In this document: piece by piece, positions 1-13,839 of the stretch
How the letters are laid out: each line of letters starts with the position of its first letter
Numbering within the stretch: the first letter of the stretch is position 1
NCBI GenBank assembly: GCA_951406725.2
Contig: OX597816.1
Span: forward strand, 142,228,001 to 142,292,000
Source of the DNA: Octopus vulgaris
Lineage: Eukaryota
Direction: 5' to 3'
Length of the DNA: 64,000 nucleotides
Made by a program: the position numbers and the translations under genes
The notes under the pieces: model-generated
Database searches by the model: none
Told to the model about the DNA's origin: nothing
What the model saw: only the letters and a program-made list of their open reading frames with translations

Positions 1-381
1 TGATTTTAAACATTGCAAAGGAAAAATGGAAATGCTTGGTTAAGCTCTACATTTTACAAGGAATAATGTAGTCCTGAACTGCTTGTAATTTACAAAAAGC
101 ATTCTCATAATTGAATATTCCAAATATTTTTAATAGATTGAAATTTTGGAAATCTCCCAAAATGATCTGGATCCCCCCCTCCTGCTTATTACTTCTGTAA
201 TACTCAGTAAGGAATGCAAAACACAAAAGAATTTCTGCTTTGGTAAATTTCTTTTCTCATTGATGTTTAAACCACAAGTATTTATGGTATTTATATATTT
301 TTAGATTTCTACTTAGTGCTGTTCAACTAAAGCAAAGCAACATTTATCACTTCCTTCATTTGAATAAATCTGAGAAAGTGC

Positions 382-413
<32 letters not shown>

Positions 414-1804
414 TATTGCTTTAAATAAAACTCTAATAAAAGTAGGTAGTTTATCACAAGGTATTGTTTATTTGAGTTAGCTGGCCGACATCTTGTTTTA
501 TCAGATTAGCTTGTTCTACAACACCTACACGTTCTCTTTCTTCTCACTCTTTTCTTCTAATTGATTAGTTGAAAGATGAAAAGTCTTAAGTATAACATGT
601 TTCTAGAATATAGTTGAAAGGAAATAAAATCTTTCGATCTAACCCTTCCTATAAAATGATGTTTATCAATTGTAAATGCCATGGAATTGGTTTGCTGTGA
701 GTTTAGGAATATTATCCCCATAAATATATATATATCTTAGATGTATGAAATATTGTTGCTAAGTTTGTTTTGTTTTGTTTTATTTTGTTTTTGTTTCTTC
801 CTTTTTGTGCTTCAGGTACCAAAACAGATCTCCCTTTCAAAGAACCTCTATTCAATTCTTTGTGTGGTCTTTTTTCTGCATTTAGTAAAGTTCATTCTGT
901 TTCAAGTATTTGGGATACACTAACCATGATCCTGCCAAGCATACCCTTTTCTTTCTTGCAGATATTGACTTGTAGATATATTCTACTCACAAATATCTGA
1001 TGTAAATCCAGTCAGTCCGAGAGGAACTAGTAATGATCATGACTATTACTACTAAGATAAACTACTACTGTCCCCACTTCTAAAAATTCAGGCAAAATTT
1101 TACATTGATAGGGTTCAAACTAGTAAATTAAAGCTAAAGTGTTATGATTTAAGTGTCTAGTTATTTGTTATCTTTCTATATAGTAAATACTGTGTGTTTG
1201 TCTTGTTTTCTGCCATAGATTTTTATATCATTAAAATGAATTTAAACAGATATTTTAATTTTTTTCTCCATTTGTTGATAACCTGATCAGGTTAATGAAA
1301 TCAATATAATCAACTATATCCAATCAAATTTGAGGTTTTGTGCTTATTTTAAAAATCAGTGTTGGTACAAGTGCACTGATTTAATTTACCTGAAATTAAC
1401 AACTAGTTACAGATTGCCATCAACATGGACCTCACTTTAATCAAGATTCTATGTTTCTACAGCTTCTGCTAGGCTAGTTTCACATTAAATCTAATGTAAC
1501 AACTACACACACACGCATATATATATATTAGTTGTTGAGGATGCAGGCTCAGTTGAAAAGCTGACATATGCATACAAAGTGAATACTGATAAAAGTACAA
1601 AATGACCCCTTCAACGTTTGTGGAAGGTAAGCATTGGAGAATTGTTCTGGTGTTAGGTACAAGGTGAGGTGGCCAGCACTTTTCACTTGCTACTGTCTTT
1701 TTTAAATTATAGCTTGATATTCTTTTTACCTGCTCACAATGTCTAGATGTTAAATAAAGGTTCTCAGAATAATTAATGGATATTATTACAAAGAATATTG
1801 ATTC

Positions 1805-2730
1805 TCATAAGCAGCAAGTTGGCAGAGTTGTTAGAACATCAGATAGAATTCTTTACAGTATTTGTTTTGACATTCAACATTCAAATCCTGCCCAGGTCTA
1901 CTTTGCTTTTTGTTCTTTTGGGATCAGCAAATAAAGTACCAGACCAGGATGGTGGATTGGCAGGATTGTTACATCATCAAAGACAATGCATTGCAGTATC
2001 TGTTTTGGTTCTTTACAATCTGACTTTAAATCTTGCCTTTTGTCATGGTTGAAGAAGAAAAAGTGATAATACTTCTGTCATGAGTTGTGACACACAGGTA
2101 ATATCATCAATTGAGAAACCAATCAAAATATAGTTTCCATGGTTTGATCAGAAGATTATCTGCTACACATTACCAGAAATGTGGGAACAAAAGCAAATCC
2201 AGCCTTTGATAATGCATCAAAAATAATAGTAATTTCTTTCAACATTGACACAAGGCCACACATTTTGGGAAAGAAATGTAGTCAACTTAATCAACCCAAA
2301 AGTGAACTCTGGTGGAGGTTGAGCTCACAATATAAAAAGATGTAACAAAATATTGCAAGTCATTTTTTTTTCTATCACTTTACGAATTCTGCCACTCACC
2401 ACCCTAATAATATTGATAATTTTTAACACTGGTACAAATCACAAATGTGGGGAGGAGGGCACAGGCAATTAAATCGACTCTTGCACTTTAACTACAAGAG
2501 TTACTAATTACCTACTAAAAGTGATGGAAGACAGATTCTCTAGGTACAGTAAGGTAAAATACACCCCAATTGTAACCTCTTAGGAAGAGTTTTTACTAGT
2601 ACTTATTTATTGACAATGAAATGAGGAACGGCAAAATTAATACCAGCAGAATTTGAACTCTGAATGTAAAAGAACAGAACTTAATGCCACAAGTAATTTT
2701 ATCTGGTGTTTTATGGATTTTGTCTCTGCC
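1805..2730. mobile_element. Cluster of decayed SINE copies in both orientations
   Basis: Degenerate matches to the window's common SINE (TGGCAGA...TTCAAATCCTGCC..GGTCxACTTTGCCTTT) on + at about 1810-2050 and on - at about 2230-2730. Boundaries approximate. Confidence 0.6.
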
Positions 2731-4404
2731 CTTTATTGTGATTCTAATAATATAATATCCCACTCTTTTTTAGCATTGCTCTTATTATTAACATTATTAT
2801 TGTGGTTATAGGCTAAAAGGAAATCAATAGGCTTAGATTTGTATCTTTAGAGATTGATTATTTGTAAGATAGAACAAACTTACTTTGCATGTTCCAAACT
2901 CAATTTTGAAAGTGAACTCATAACATTGACCTTTGTATTATAGATTGCTACATCATTTATTGAGAGGAGAGATTAGATAAATCTTTGATAATTAATTTTA
3001 TCAATTAACTACTATACATAGTTGGTTCTTGTTAAAAAAAAATGCAAGTCAATATAATGCATATTAATGAGAAAAAGGCTACAATAATAAAGTTGTAATT
3101 GCAGTCATTGAACACAACAGTCACTGAACACTGAACATAATAGCTTTTTAGTGTAACCCAAGAGATTTTGGAAGATGATCTGAAAATACTGTGCTATTAA
3201 TGGCCAGTCTTGTTTTGTGAATAGGCAGAGTGTATTGTAAGTTGGCAAGTAACCATTCAATATCTTGTGTGTGAGGTGAAATATTAAGAAGTTTGAAAAT
3301 TTAAACATTAGAAAAGAAAACGTCTTATCTCAAGCGGAGAACTGGATATTTTGTGTGGTATTCTGAAATATGAAAACATTAATTTTAGCTGACTAATCTT
3401 TAGATATTAGATTAGTCTACCTCTTTCTGTTCATTTTCTTTTATAAACTTTAAGTTAGTAGTGAAGACACAAACTCCAGATTACTTCTTGGATGGGGTAT
3501 TAGTCTATTGCAAGCAAAGTTTCCAAAACATGTGGAGTAAATACCAGTTGAACTAAACTTGGAGCCAGTAGAACTCAGAAGAACCCATGGATAGATTTCA
3601 GAGGATCGAAAGAGCTTACTAGAGAAATATAACTTTCATACTAACTTCTGAAATTTAGTTCTTCATTTATTAATAAAAATAAAGTATCATATGTGGTCTC
3701 CACATTTGAGATATGTTTGTCAACTTTGATGCTATTAACTTTAATGTTGTATGCATATAGATTTTTCTGAAATGAGATTCATAGGTTTCATTAAACTCTA
3801 AAGGGACCATGTCACAGAAAGAAAAAGGAAGGAATGAACTCCTGCTCTTTATTTAATTAAAAATTAAGCAAACAATGAAATATGAACTCACCACCACCAA
3901 AACTACTAATTTGATACATTATGCACACAGCTACTCACCTAAAAATTTTAGATGCTTACTGTAGTTGAGTTTTTACTGCTCTCTAAGTACAAACCAGGCT
4001 GAATGTTATTTAAGATCAGTGATCAGATGAGAACAAATATTTTAATGTGATATGACTAAACCACTCTCGCTGTTGTCAATAGAAAGTAATATTTCTTTCA
4101 TTTTAGTGTATTTGAAAAGAAAGGTTTTAAAAGAATTAATCTTGTTGATAACTGATGTCTCCAAGAATTAATATATACTAAAATGTTTACAAGAAAGTAC
4201 TACTGAAATGAACTGATACACAATGCCATTTTCTTTGTTGAATATTTCTGTCTAAACATTCTTATAGTAATATCTAATTTTAAAGGTATGCTTATCTGAA
4301 CTCATTTTGTTCAAAAGAAACAATATATTAGGTAAAAGTATCTATTTTGTTAGGCAAGTAAGATATTTTGAATCATTTAGCTTGTTAATCCAATAAGAAA
4401 ATTA

Positions 4405-4525
4405 ATAATATTGTTATATATTGTATAAACTGAAAAAAAACAGTGTAATAATGTACAAACTAAAAATAATGTGTAATATTGTATAAAATGGAAAACATTG
4501 TGCAATATTGTATGAACTGAAAATC
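4405..4525. repeat. Degenerate ~29-bp minisatellite, about 4 units
   Basis: Recurring AATATTGTATAAACTGAAAA-like unit. Confidence 0.6.
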
Positions 4526-5408
4526 AATTATCGAGCCAATGTTGATTGATGATTTTTTTTTCTGAGTGCCATTTCTTTCAAGTGTGCTTTTTCCTAGTCA
4601 AGTGTATCTATAAATGGGTGATAATTTTTTTTTTTTTTAATTTCAAATAAGATGTCAGAAATTATGATTTAGTTTTATAAGGTGTATGAAGGAGCATCCT
4701 TATTTAAATATTTATATCATATTAAATCTGATATAGAATACTGGACACATCAGATTTGGAGTTATTTATCTTCAGTTCTAGTTGGGAACAAGGTTTCTTT
4801 TGGTTAACATCCAATTTTTTGTTTATATATAATAAAGGAGGTGAATGAATTTCTTGCAGCATTTCTCCTTGAGTTGAATTATTGAAATTTAAAAGCAATT
4901 CTTTAATTGATTTTCAGATTTAAGCAACCTCCATGATTGTATACAAGTTTCTCTCATCTTGTTGAGTAGTTGAGTTTGTTGCTATTTTATTAGTAATTGA
5001 TACCACCAAAGACTGAGTTGTTTTGGATTCACTTTTGTTACTTTGTGGGAAATATTTTCTATTAAGTCTTCTCATAGCTTTCCTTTAACTGTAGCTGTCT
5101 TATAGAGTACAAAGAATCTTTTTTATGCTACAATAGGAAGAAGACACTTAAAGAGAAGTATGTCAACTGTCTGACCTGACTAAATCGATTCAATATTAGA
5201 ATCCAAGGGTAACATCTTCAAACCACACATTGATTATTGATGCTGTGTTGATTCCTTAAAAACAGAGTTGTTTTCTACTTTTATGCAAAACCTGACCAAA
5301 ACAGTAATCTTGAATAATCACACACTATGTCATATACTACAATGCATTTACATATTTTAAAAGTTGCACCTATATTTACATCATTTATCTTTTTTCTCTG
5401 TTCTTTAG

Positions 5409-5579
5409 TTGGCACCAGTTGTCCCTGTCACATTTTCAACTGGCACATCTCACATAGAAATTAATGGAGAATCAAGTGGTGTTGGAAGTGGATTTGTACG
5501 AGCCAGTTTTGATTTTAGAACACATAATGTTGGAGGCATGCTTTTTTATCATAAAATGAGTAATAAGGACATAGTTGAG
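5409..5579 (+). CDS. Internal exon (171 nt, phase 0/0) of a Neurexin-IV/contactin-associated protein-like gene; start of a laminin-G domain
   Basis: Polypyrimidine tract + TAG acceptor (5407-5408) and GTAAGT donor at 5580. Encodes LAPVVPVTFSTGTSHIEINGESSGVGSGFVRASFDFRTHNVGGMLFYHKMSNKDIVE, with the LamG motif SFxFRT...GxLF. Joins the next exon in frame. Confidence 0.9.
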
Positions 5580-6054
5580 GTAAGTAATTATCTTACATTT
5601 GCTTATTTCACTGCCAAACAGCATGGAAATTATTGAGTTGTTGAAATGTAAACATAGTAATTTTGAAGTTAATTTTGATTTATTTGTGGTAAAGCAAATT
5701 GTAGCAATTTTATATAAAACTAATTTGTAACATGGAAAAAATATTCCCCAAATACCATAATAGTGATATCAGGGTATGTTCAGATATTCCTTTGCTTATT
5801 TCTTCTCTGCAACCTAGTTTTTTTCTATGACTTCCCAATCTTGAACACCTAATCAACAAAACAGCAGTTGCTATAAACAGTGTCTTCAGTCCTTAAAGAA
5901 CTAAAGTTAGACTACTGCATGTCTTCTACATGTCAGTTCACTATACAGCATTTTACTTGAAGGACATATCATCCATATGATCAATATGTCTAGTAAAGAA
6001 AAGTTGTTTCTTTATATGACCATCAGACAATTCTGAATATTACATAGCAGAAAG

Positions 6055-6270
6055 AAGTGGCACATTGGCTGAATCATTAGCATGGCAGGCAAAATGCTTA
6101 CCAGCATTTCATCCAACTTCAAGCTTTGAGTTCAAATTCCTCCAGGTTGACTTTGCCTTTCATCCTTTCAGGAGTCAGTAACATAAGTATCAGTTAAGCG
6201 CTGGGTCAATGTAATCGACTTACCCACTGCCATAAAATTGCTGACCTTGTGCCATAATCTGAAACCAATA
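6055..6270 (+). mobile_element. SINE, family A
   Basis: Box A/B-like head (TGGCTGAATCATTAG...GAGTTCAAATTCC) and body GACTTTGCCTTTCATCCTTTC...CCTTGTGCC. Homologous copies at 12250, 20990 and 62385-63310. Confidence 0.75.
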
Positions 6271-6589
6271 TTAGATGGCAGAAAGACTTGAAGATTTTGT
6301 GAGTTGAATTTCAGGAGTTTTATATAATAGACATTTTATGAAGTGTTGTGGTGACTGTTACCTTATCATTAATTTAGTTTGAATAGTTTTTTTTATCCAG
6401 TTTGCCATAAGATCTATGTACCATGGCAGCAAAATTCTATAGATATAGCTCATCATTATGTTCACATTTTCCATGTTGCCATGGGTTGGACATGACTTAC
6501 CAAAGCAGTATTCTATAATCAGATACCCTTCCTACCAACAACCTCTTCCTGTTTCTCAAGTAAAGATGTGCATGCACACACACACACAC

Positions 6590-6990
6590 ATATGCTTCCA
6601 TATTGTTTCTGTCTAGCAGTTTTACTCACAAGGCATTGGTCAACCCAAGAAGACATTGCAAAGTTTCCTTACAGTATGGTGGAACCCAAAACCACATGGT
6701 AACAGTAATAAAAAAATAAATGCACCCTTTTAAAGCCTAGCCAGGTTTCAATGGTGTATGCGTTCCTTAGCTGGACAGGACGCCAGTCCATTGCAGCGTT
6801 ACTTATTTTTGCCAGCTGAGTGGACTAGAGCAACGTGAAATGAAGTGTTTTGCTCAAGAACACAACGTGTCGCCTGGTCCAGGAATCGAAACCACAATCT
6901 TACGATCATGATGCTGACACCCTAACCACTAAGCCACACACCTTTCACCCATGGTAACAAAGTAAGCTATTTTACTATACAGCTATTCTT
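6590..6990 (-). mobile_element. Old tRNA/CORE-type SINE (family B), interrupted by a younger SINE
   Basis: Homologous to 36700-36860 on both sides of the 6705-6949 insert. Confidence 0.6.
6705..6949 (-). mobile_element. Young tRNA-derived CORE-type SINE (family C)
   Basis: The minus strand has box A TGGCTTAGTGG, box B GGTTTCGATTCC and CORE-like GTGTTCTTGAGCAAAACAC. A 10-bp TSD CATGGTAACA lies at 6695-6704 and 6950-6959. CpGs are retained. Confidence 0.85.
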
Positions 6991-9962
6991 GGACATATTC
7001 CAGTCATTAAATGCCTTATGATATTCACAGCCTGTATGCAACTTATTTGTGCTTTGATGTCTTTTTGTTTTAGACCTAAAGTCCACTCCTTCTTTCGTAT
7101 TCTACAGAAGGATTGTTTCATTATTGATTTTACAAACTTTTTTCCAATCTAGTATTGATGGAGGTGATTATATGTTGGAGCAATTGTTTTTATCTACCAC
7201 TGATCACTTAACTGTGATGTAGTAGTGTGGCCCTTTTAATCTTATCTTCATTCAGTAAGACTAATAAAGTTAGGTGCCTTGCTCAGGAGTACAGCACTAA
7301 TAAGATATTAACTATTGAATTGAACAAACAGTTTAAGTACATAGCCATTCAGTTAACAGCCATTGTATGCATAAAAAAAGGGAAAAGGAACCTTTTTTGC
7401 CTCCAAGAAACAGCTGATTAGCAAGTTTTGTGTGTTATATAGTTTAATTCTCTTTATTATTTCTTTGTCTGGATTACAAAATATAAAAATAGTTAAAGTA
7501 CTGACTTTTTTAAGCACATTGAATTAGCATAAGTATATTAAAGAAACAAATTCCTTTTTTTACTGTTAACTTTTGTGAGAGAAGTTGTAGATATAACAAC
7601 ATATAAAAAAGTTATTGCATTTTTTTTCTGAGATTTATATGATTTTGATTTATCTGGTGGCTGTATTTAATTCCTGCAATAAAATAATTTATAGCAACTA
7701 ATAATACACATGGTTGGCCATGTATGCACATCTCAGTTCACACAGTTACAGCTTTGTGCATATGAAATTTGGCAAGGACTTAATGGTTGGGAGCACATTG
7801 TAATGTCATCTACTGAGTGGTATGCTATTTTTATTGTAGAACTATATTCTGTATTCCAAATAGCAACTCTGTTTGATCTTTCACTTTCAGCATAGCTAAA
7901 GTTTCCATTAATCCTCATTCACATATCTAAATTTTTAGGCAGGTATGGTGGAGGGGATTATCAGTAAATTCAGGGATAGAATTTAAATATTTTTCTTTTA
8001 GTATCATGAATATGTGTCATTAAATTTATGAAGGTTAGCAAGATGGACATGACAATACAAATGTTGATTATGAATGGTAATTTTGACTTGAGGTCATTGT
8101 AATTTAAACCTTTGGTTCCATGAAGATCTTTAGTGATTGTGTGACATTTCAATAAGAAAGTTTGGGATTGTTTTCTTTCATCAAAAACATTTATAGTATT
8201 TATAAAAATTATGTGATTACAGAGAAGTCATGAAATTAGTGAACTTTTGCTCCCCCCCCCTCCTGTACTAAAGTTTCAAAATCCATGCAACGACACATAA
8301 GATTAGCATCTTAGTTGATCGCTATCATCATTTTATGTCCATTTTTACATGCTGTGCAAGTTGGGCTAAACTTTCTGAAGCAATTCTCTTCCTGGTGCTT
8401 TAAAAAGCACAGATTTATCCATATATAATAATTGCTTTCATGTATTATTTCCCTCTTGTGCTAAGAAGATAGTGTGGAAATAGGAGATTGTCAAACATTT
8501 AATATAGAGTGAGTGAGTGACTGATGGAGAAATCCAATGAGAGTAGAAGAATGAGGTATTTAGTTTTCATGCTTGGCTGGGCTAGTAAACTGGGAAAGAG
8601 CCAGTGAGATATACTGAGTAGATTAGTGTAAGTGGTGTAACAAGTAGTAGATAACATTGACAGCTGAATTTTCATTGACAAAAAATACAGCTGTTGAGTA
8701 ATTTATGATTTAAATGGGATAACATGAGTTATCTGCTATATGTGTGCTTTATTAAAACGGTAAGCTCAACAAAAAATATACTAGACAGTTTATGTCAAAG
8801 TTAATTTTGTCTGAAGACTCTTGTGGAGAACACATCTGTTGGATAAACCAGCTAAGAAATTTCACATGAAATAATATTTCAGGTTCAAATCAAATAAATG
8901 CTTACCTGTTAACCCTTTTGATATCAACTTACTTGAGGCCATCCCTGTTTTATGATACAAACTCCCCATTTCTCTTCTTCTTTCAGCTAGGCCTTTCTAC
9001 AGTCTGTTTCTTGACTATGTTAGTCAGTGTTCCTTAATTTGTACATTGATGCCAGTCATTAGCTTGCATGTAAATTCATGATTGTTTTCCTAAAGGCTTT
9101 TATTGTTGTGTTTCATCCATTTAAGTTCACAATTAATCCAAAAGCATAAATTCACATATGTACTTGGAAAGAAGAAAAACCATCAAATTATGGAAAAAAT
9201 GGAAAATCAACAGTTGATTAAATACTTTCACAAGCCATTGCACTATGGGTCCAAATTAAATTGGCCTATCATAATTAATAAAATAAACTGAGTTCTGAAT
9301 TCAAGTATTCCCATATAGATTTTCTTACCTCTTTGAACAACTCATTTTATTTTGGTCACTCATTGTAGCTAGGAAGTTGCCAATTTATGATGGAACAGTT
9401 TATATTTGGAATAATATGTAACTTTTAAAACATTTGCTCTAAAAGAAAATGAATTCATAAATCTGACCAGCATAAGAACATAGATATCAAAAGAAAGAAA
9501 TACTATGAATAATTTTATTCTAACACAGTATCTCGTAAAGTATTGTTTCTAATTGAAAGTTAAACTAAGCTTATCTGCTAGTGGGTATTTCTAAGCTATT
9601 TTCCATTTATACTCATGCTTCATCATTAGTAATTTCTAATTCAAGATGTCTTAGATGAAATTGATTTAGACATTAGAGTTTCCATACCCTAATTTACTGA
9701 CATACCATAAGACCACAAAATTGCTCTTCATTTCAGTATCTGAAGTCCATATAAGCTTGCATGATGGAATAGCTGCCTTTATTATGGTAATTTCTTGCAA
9801 GAAGTTCATACAGTTAAATCAATGTTTCTTTACTAATGTCAAAAAGTAACGACATATCAATTCCAAGAAAGAATAGTTGTGCATGGCTAACTTAAGAGTT
9901 TTAACATTAATGATTTTATCTTACCTATCATAAAAATTGTTATCAGTCTCTTCAGTCAAGAA

Positions 9963-12053
9963 CAGAGGCTCTCAACATGGGTGGTACCACCCTCAAAATG
10001 TGTGTGTATGGAAGGTGGGGGGAGGCTGTTGGACTTTGGGGGTCAGTGAAGGGAGTGGTAGTGAGATAACATAATTAACATACTAAATTTTACCCATAAT
10101 AATAATAATTATATCATACATGATAAAACTAGTAATGGTTATTAGAATAAAATGAGAGATAAGTATATATCATGGCTAAAGAATGTTTGAACAAGAATGA
10201 TTAATTTTTGATGTTATATTTCTGTCTTGAATGGTGTTTTTTAGGTATACAATCTTTCCTGTTTTTTGTGATCTCCATACTTTGTTTAGTGATATAATCA
10301 TATACAATTGTTGTGTACATTGCCCCTTTTAAAAATTTAGAATGAGTGAAATAGAAAAGTGCCATCAATACTCAAATGAGTATTTGAAACATAGATAAAT
10401 AATGAGCAATTGCTTCTATATTTAATATGTGTAAAAACGTTTCCAAACGAAGCAATGAAACTTCTAAGTATGATTGAACATTTACAAAAAATGCATCCAG
10501 ATAAAACCAGAAATGATGAGGATTGCTTTCACCAAATGAAAAATTATTTTTAAAACCTTCTTATTCTCAAAGGGTTATTTACCAAACAAACAAGGCAAAT
10601 AGAGAAGGGTTTGGTTATGTCTTTCAAACTTACAAAATTAATTGCGAAATGTGGAAAACTACATTCTATTTGGTGAAACTCTTAATAGCTATAAAAGAAG
10701 TTTTGGATACTATGATTTGCCCAGGTAAAAGTGCTAAGACAGCATCAATTTCTCTCAGTAATAGTACGGTAGCAGCAAGAATAGATGACATGGTGAAAGA
10801 TGTCGAAAGTAAACTCTGGTTATGTAAATTCAAATCAGAAAATTATTGAAGAGTTTCTGTTTGCTTTAAAACTGGTACTTGACACAAAAGGTTCTACAGC
10901 TTTAAGTTTATTCTTGATTATTTTTTTTAATGCAAAGAATATCCCTCTCACAAATAGTATTGCATGTGCAGATGGGGCACCAGCTATGAAAGGCCGTTAT
11001 TGTGAATTTATAGCACATGTAAAGGAAACTGTTCCACATATATTTGCAGTTCACTGTGTTACTCATTGAGAACACTTGGCTGCGAACCCTCTTAGTGGTA
11101 GACTACATAACATGTTGAATGATGTAATTAAAACAGTAAATAAAATCAAAACCTGTCCGCTGAATAACTGTCTTTTGGAAGTTTTGCCATGAAAAAGAAG
11201 AAAAGTGAAAGTGCCTGTTGCTTCATACTGAGGTGTGATGGCCTTCGAATGGAAATTGAAGCATTTTCATAATCTCTATGATACTCTTTTATAATTTCGT
11301 AATCCATATGATGAGGTCATATATAATAAACTAATCAATGAAAAAGCTGACATTACATATATTTCTGATATTTTCACTAAATTAAATGAGGAAATAAGAT
11401 TAATTAAATTAAAGCAAAGGGAATCATAAATGTATTTATCAGCAAATTGTCATTCAACTAGCAGAGACTATTGAGAAAAGATTTTTTAGTTTCCAAACCT
11501 GTACATAATAGAAACAATGATAGCAATTTAATATTAGCTATGGGTATAGACTGCTATTGTTTTCATCTGCAGACATTAAAAGAAGACTTAATGATAAGGT
11601 TCAAAGATTTTCTTGATCTTAAAGTACCTGATTAGGTCATAAATCCATTTCTCTCTGATGCTTCTTCTGCTCAACCAGGTTTACATGAAGAAATTATCAA
11701 TTTAAATGATTTTGAAGTTCAAATATATTTTCAACAGCTTGGTTATGAATCATTCTGTCCCAAAATACAAAGCAAGTATTCTTAACTTTAGCAAGAAATG
11801 AAATTACTGTTCATTGCTTTTCCTTCTTCATATTTTGTAGAGAAAGGGTTCAACACAATGTTGCAATTGCTGACTCAGCAACAGAATAAATTTCCATTAA
11901 GTCAAAGAGAAGACTTATGACTTCTTTTGATTAACATTGAACCTGATATAAAAAGTTTAGCTAGATCTCATCATAAATTATCATCCATGTTAATTTAGTT
12001 TAGTCATAAGACCTCACTAGCCACTACAAAAAAAAAATGGTTAAGAACCACTG
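9963..12053 (+). mobile_element. hAT DNA transposon (Charlie/Buster-like), decayed, both ends present
   Basis: TIRs CAGAGGCTCTCAAC and GGTTAAGAACCACTG. Degenerate 8-bp TSD (GTCAAGAA/ATTTAGAA). Contains a transposase pseudogene. Confidence 0.85.
10342..11993 (+). pseudogene. hAT transposase pseudogene (ZBED8/SCAND3/Buster-like)
   Basis: Frameshifted fragments: QYSNEYLK, SNEAMK, ISLSNSTVAARIDDM, EEFLF, DGAPAMKGR, HCVTH, LLLHTEV*W, IAFPSSYFVEKGF, NIEPDIK. Confidence 0.88.
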
Positions 12054-12249
12054 ATTTAGAACATCACTACTCTTCATCTTCAGAGGTTAGACCTTTGAAT
12101 TTCCATATTAAGTTCTTTCTTTTATATTTTCTAGTTAAACAGTTCCATATCAAACTTACATTACTTCTTAATTAGTAATGTTTATTATAAAGTTTCTCCA
12201 ATCTCTTCAACACGTTTATTAAAAACATTTAATATGACATTGAAATTTA

Positions 12250-12455
12250 AGGTGACGAGCTGGCAGAATTATTAGCATGTTTGGCAAAATGCTAAGTGGC
12301 ATTTTATCCATTCTGAGCTCAAATTTTGCTATGGTCGATTTTGATTTTCATCCTTTTGGGTCAATAAAATAACTACCTGTTGAGCACTGGAATTGATATA
12401 ATTGACTTACCCCTACCAAGAATTTCTGGCCTTATGCCAAAATTTGAAATTGATA
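12250..12455 (+). mobile_element. SINE, family A
   Basis: GGTGACGAGCTGGCAGAATTATTAGC...GGTCGATTTTGATTTTCATCC, homologous to 6055-6270. Confidence 0.75.
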
Positions 12456-13839
12456 TGACAGTGGAATTCCAAACTTTATATCAAAAGTTTCCATTTAAAA
12501 AAAAAAGTGAACTTGCACAAAATTTGAAATCCCATACATAAAACATGCATTTTCAGTCACTTAAAGCTATTACTAAATCATATTCCAACTAAATATTTGA
12601 GAGACCAAAAAGGTTCACAAAACATACTATAAAAAATTATATTAGATTAATTTGCTTTCCAGAAATTGCAAAATATTTGAGCTTATTTACTTTGAATATT
12701 AGTTTATTTGCATAGGGAATATTGAAGTGGAAAGTTAAAGTGAAAGATTTCTGGATATTGAACTGGAAAGTATGATGTTTGATTTTTAAAATGCAAACAT
12801 AACATTGCATCTAAAGTAAGTTGGTTAAAGAAGTATCCTTCACTTTGGAATCCACATTTATTTTTGAGTTTTAATCAAGCTTTTTTGTTTTTTAAGCTGC
12901 TGAAAAGAGAAAAGAAAGGGATAAAAATAATAGTGAAGTAAAAATTAATAGATGATTGGAGTTTTAATCTTAGTTTGATAGAATAATGTTTTAAATTTCA
13001 TCCAATTTAAAATTTATCATTCCTCATCAACATTGATTTTTATATTTGTTAACTAGGATTTTGTTATAGCAGATTTAAAGAAAAGCAACCACAACTAAAG
13101 AATAAGTTAGTATTTATTGGTTCAATTTCATGAAAGCCTTATTGATGTAAGGATGGTGGTTATACAATTATTGTCTTTCTGTTAAGAAAATCTAATTTAG
13201 AATAAGAGAAATTGTTTTTTTTATTTTTAATGCAAAATTAAGAGATATTATTTACTTCTGAAATATTGTAACATTTAGTGTTAGTTTTGAAGAGATGAAG
13301 TTTCAGCTTTTTTTTTTTTTTTGTGAATACATACCTTATAGATATTAACATTACTTTTCTTTCTCATTTGTATGATCTAGATTACAGATCCAATATATAC
13401 AAGCTGATTCTTGTGCCAGCATTATTTAAATAATCTTTAAATTATAATTTTCCTCTTTCAATGAAGTACAAAAAAGTTAAACTCTAATGAAAACACTAGG
13501 TGTCAGATTTCTCAGTGATTCAGGATACACGAGAGAGCTACAAATGTATTTAGGAAGGCAGAAAATTCATTATCAAATAGAGCTTTTAGATATTGTTTGA
13601 GATGAAAGTTTAATAAGTATCTGGGGATAGAAAATCAAAAACCATTTGAAAAAAAGTCCTTTCTCATGTAAGAGAATGTAAATAGATTTTGTCTCAACTG
13701 CCATCTATGTTAATTTTCTATAGCAACATACACAACTATTTCAGTAGATATTATTAATCCATCAATGTAGTTTGGAATAGACACTGTGCTCCAGTTTCTT
13801 TTCACAAGATTTTATCTCTGCTTACATGGAATTCTCTTT

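Noticed and set aside
6870-6945. tRNA-like sequence on the minus strand (also 32410-32482)
   Set aside because: It continues into a SINE body and tail (with a TSD at 6705-6949) and has no complete acceptor stem; it is a SINE head, not a tRNA gene.
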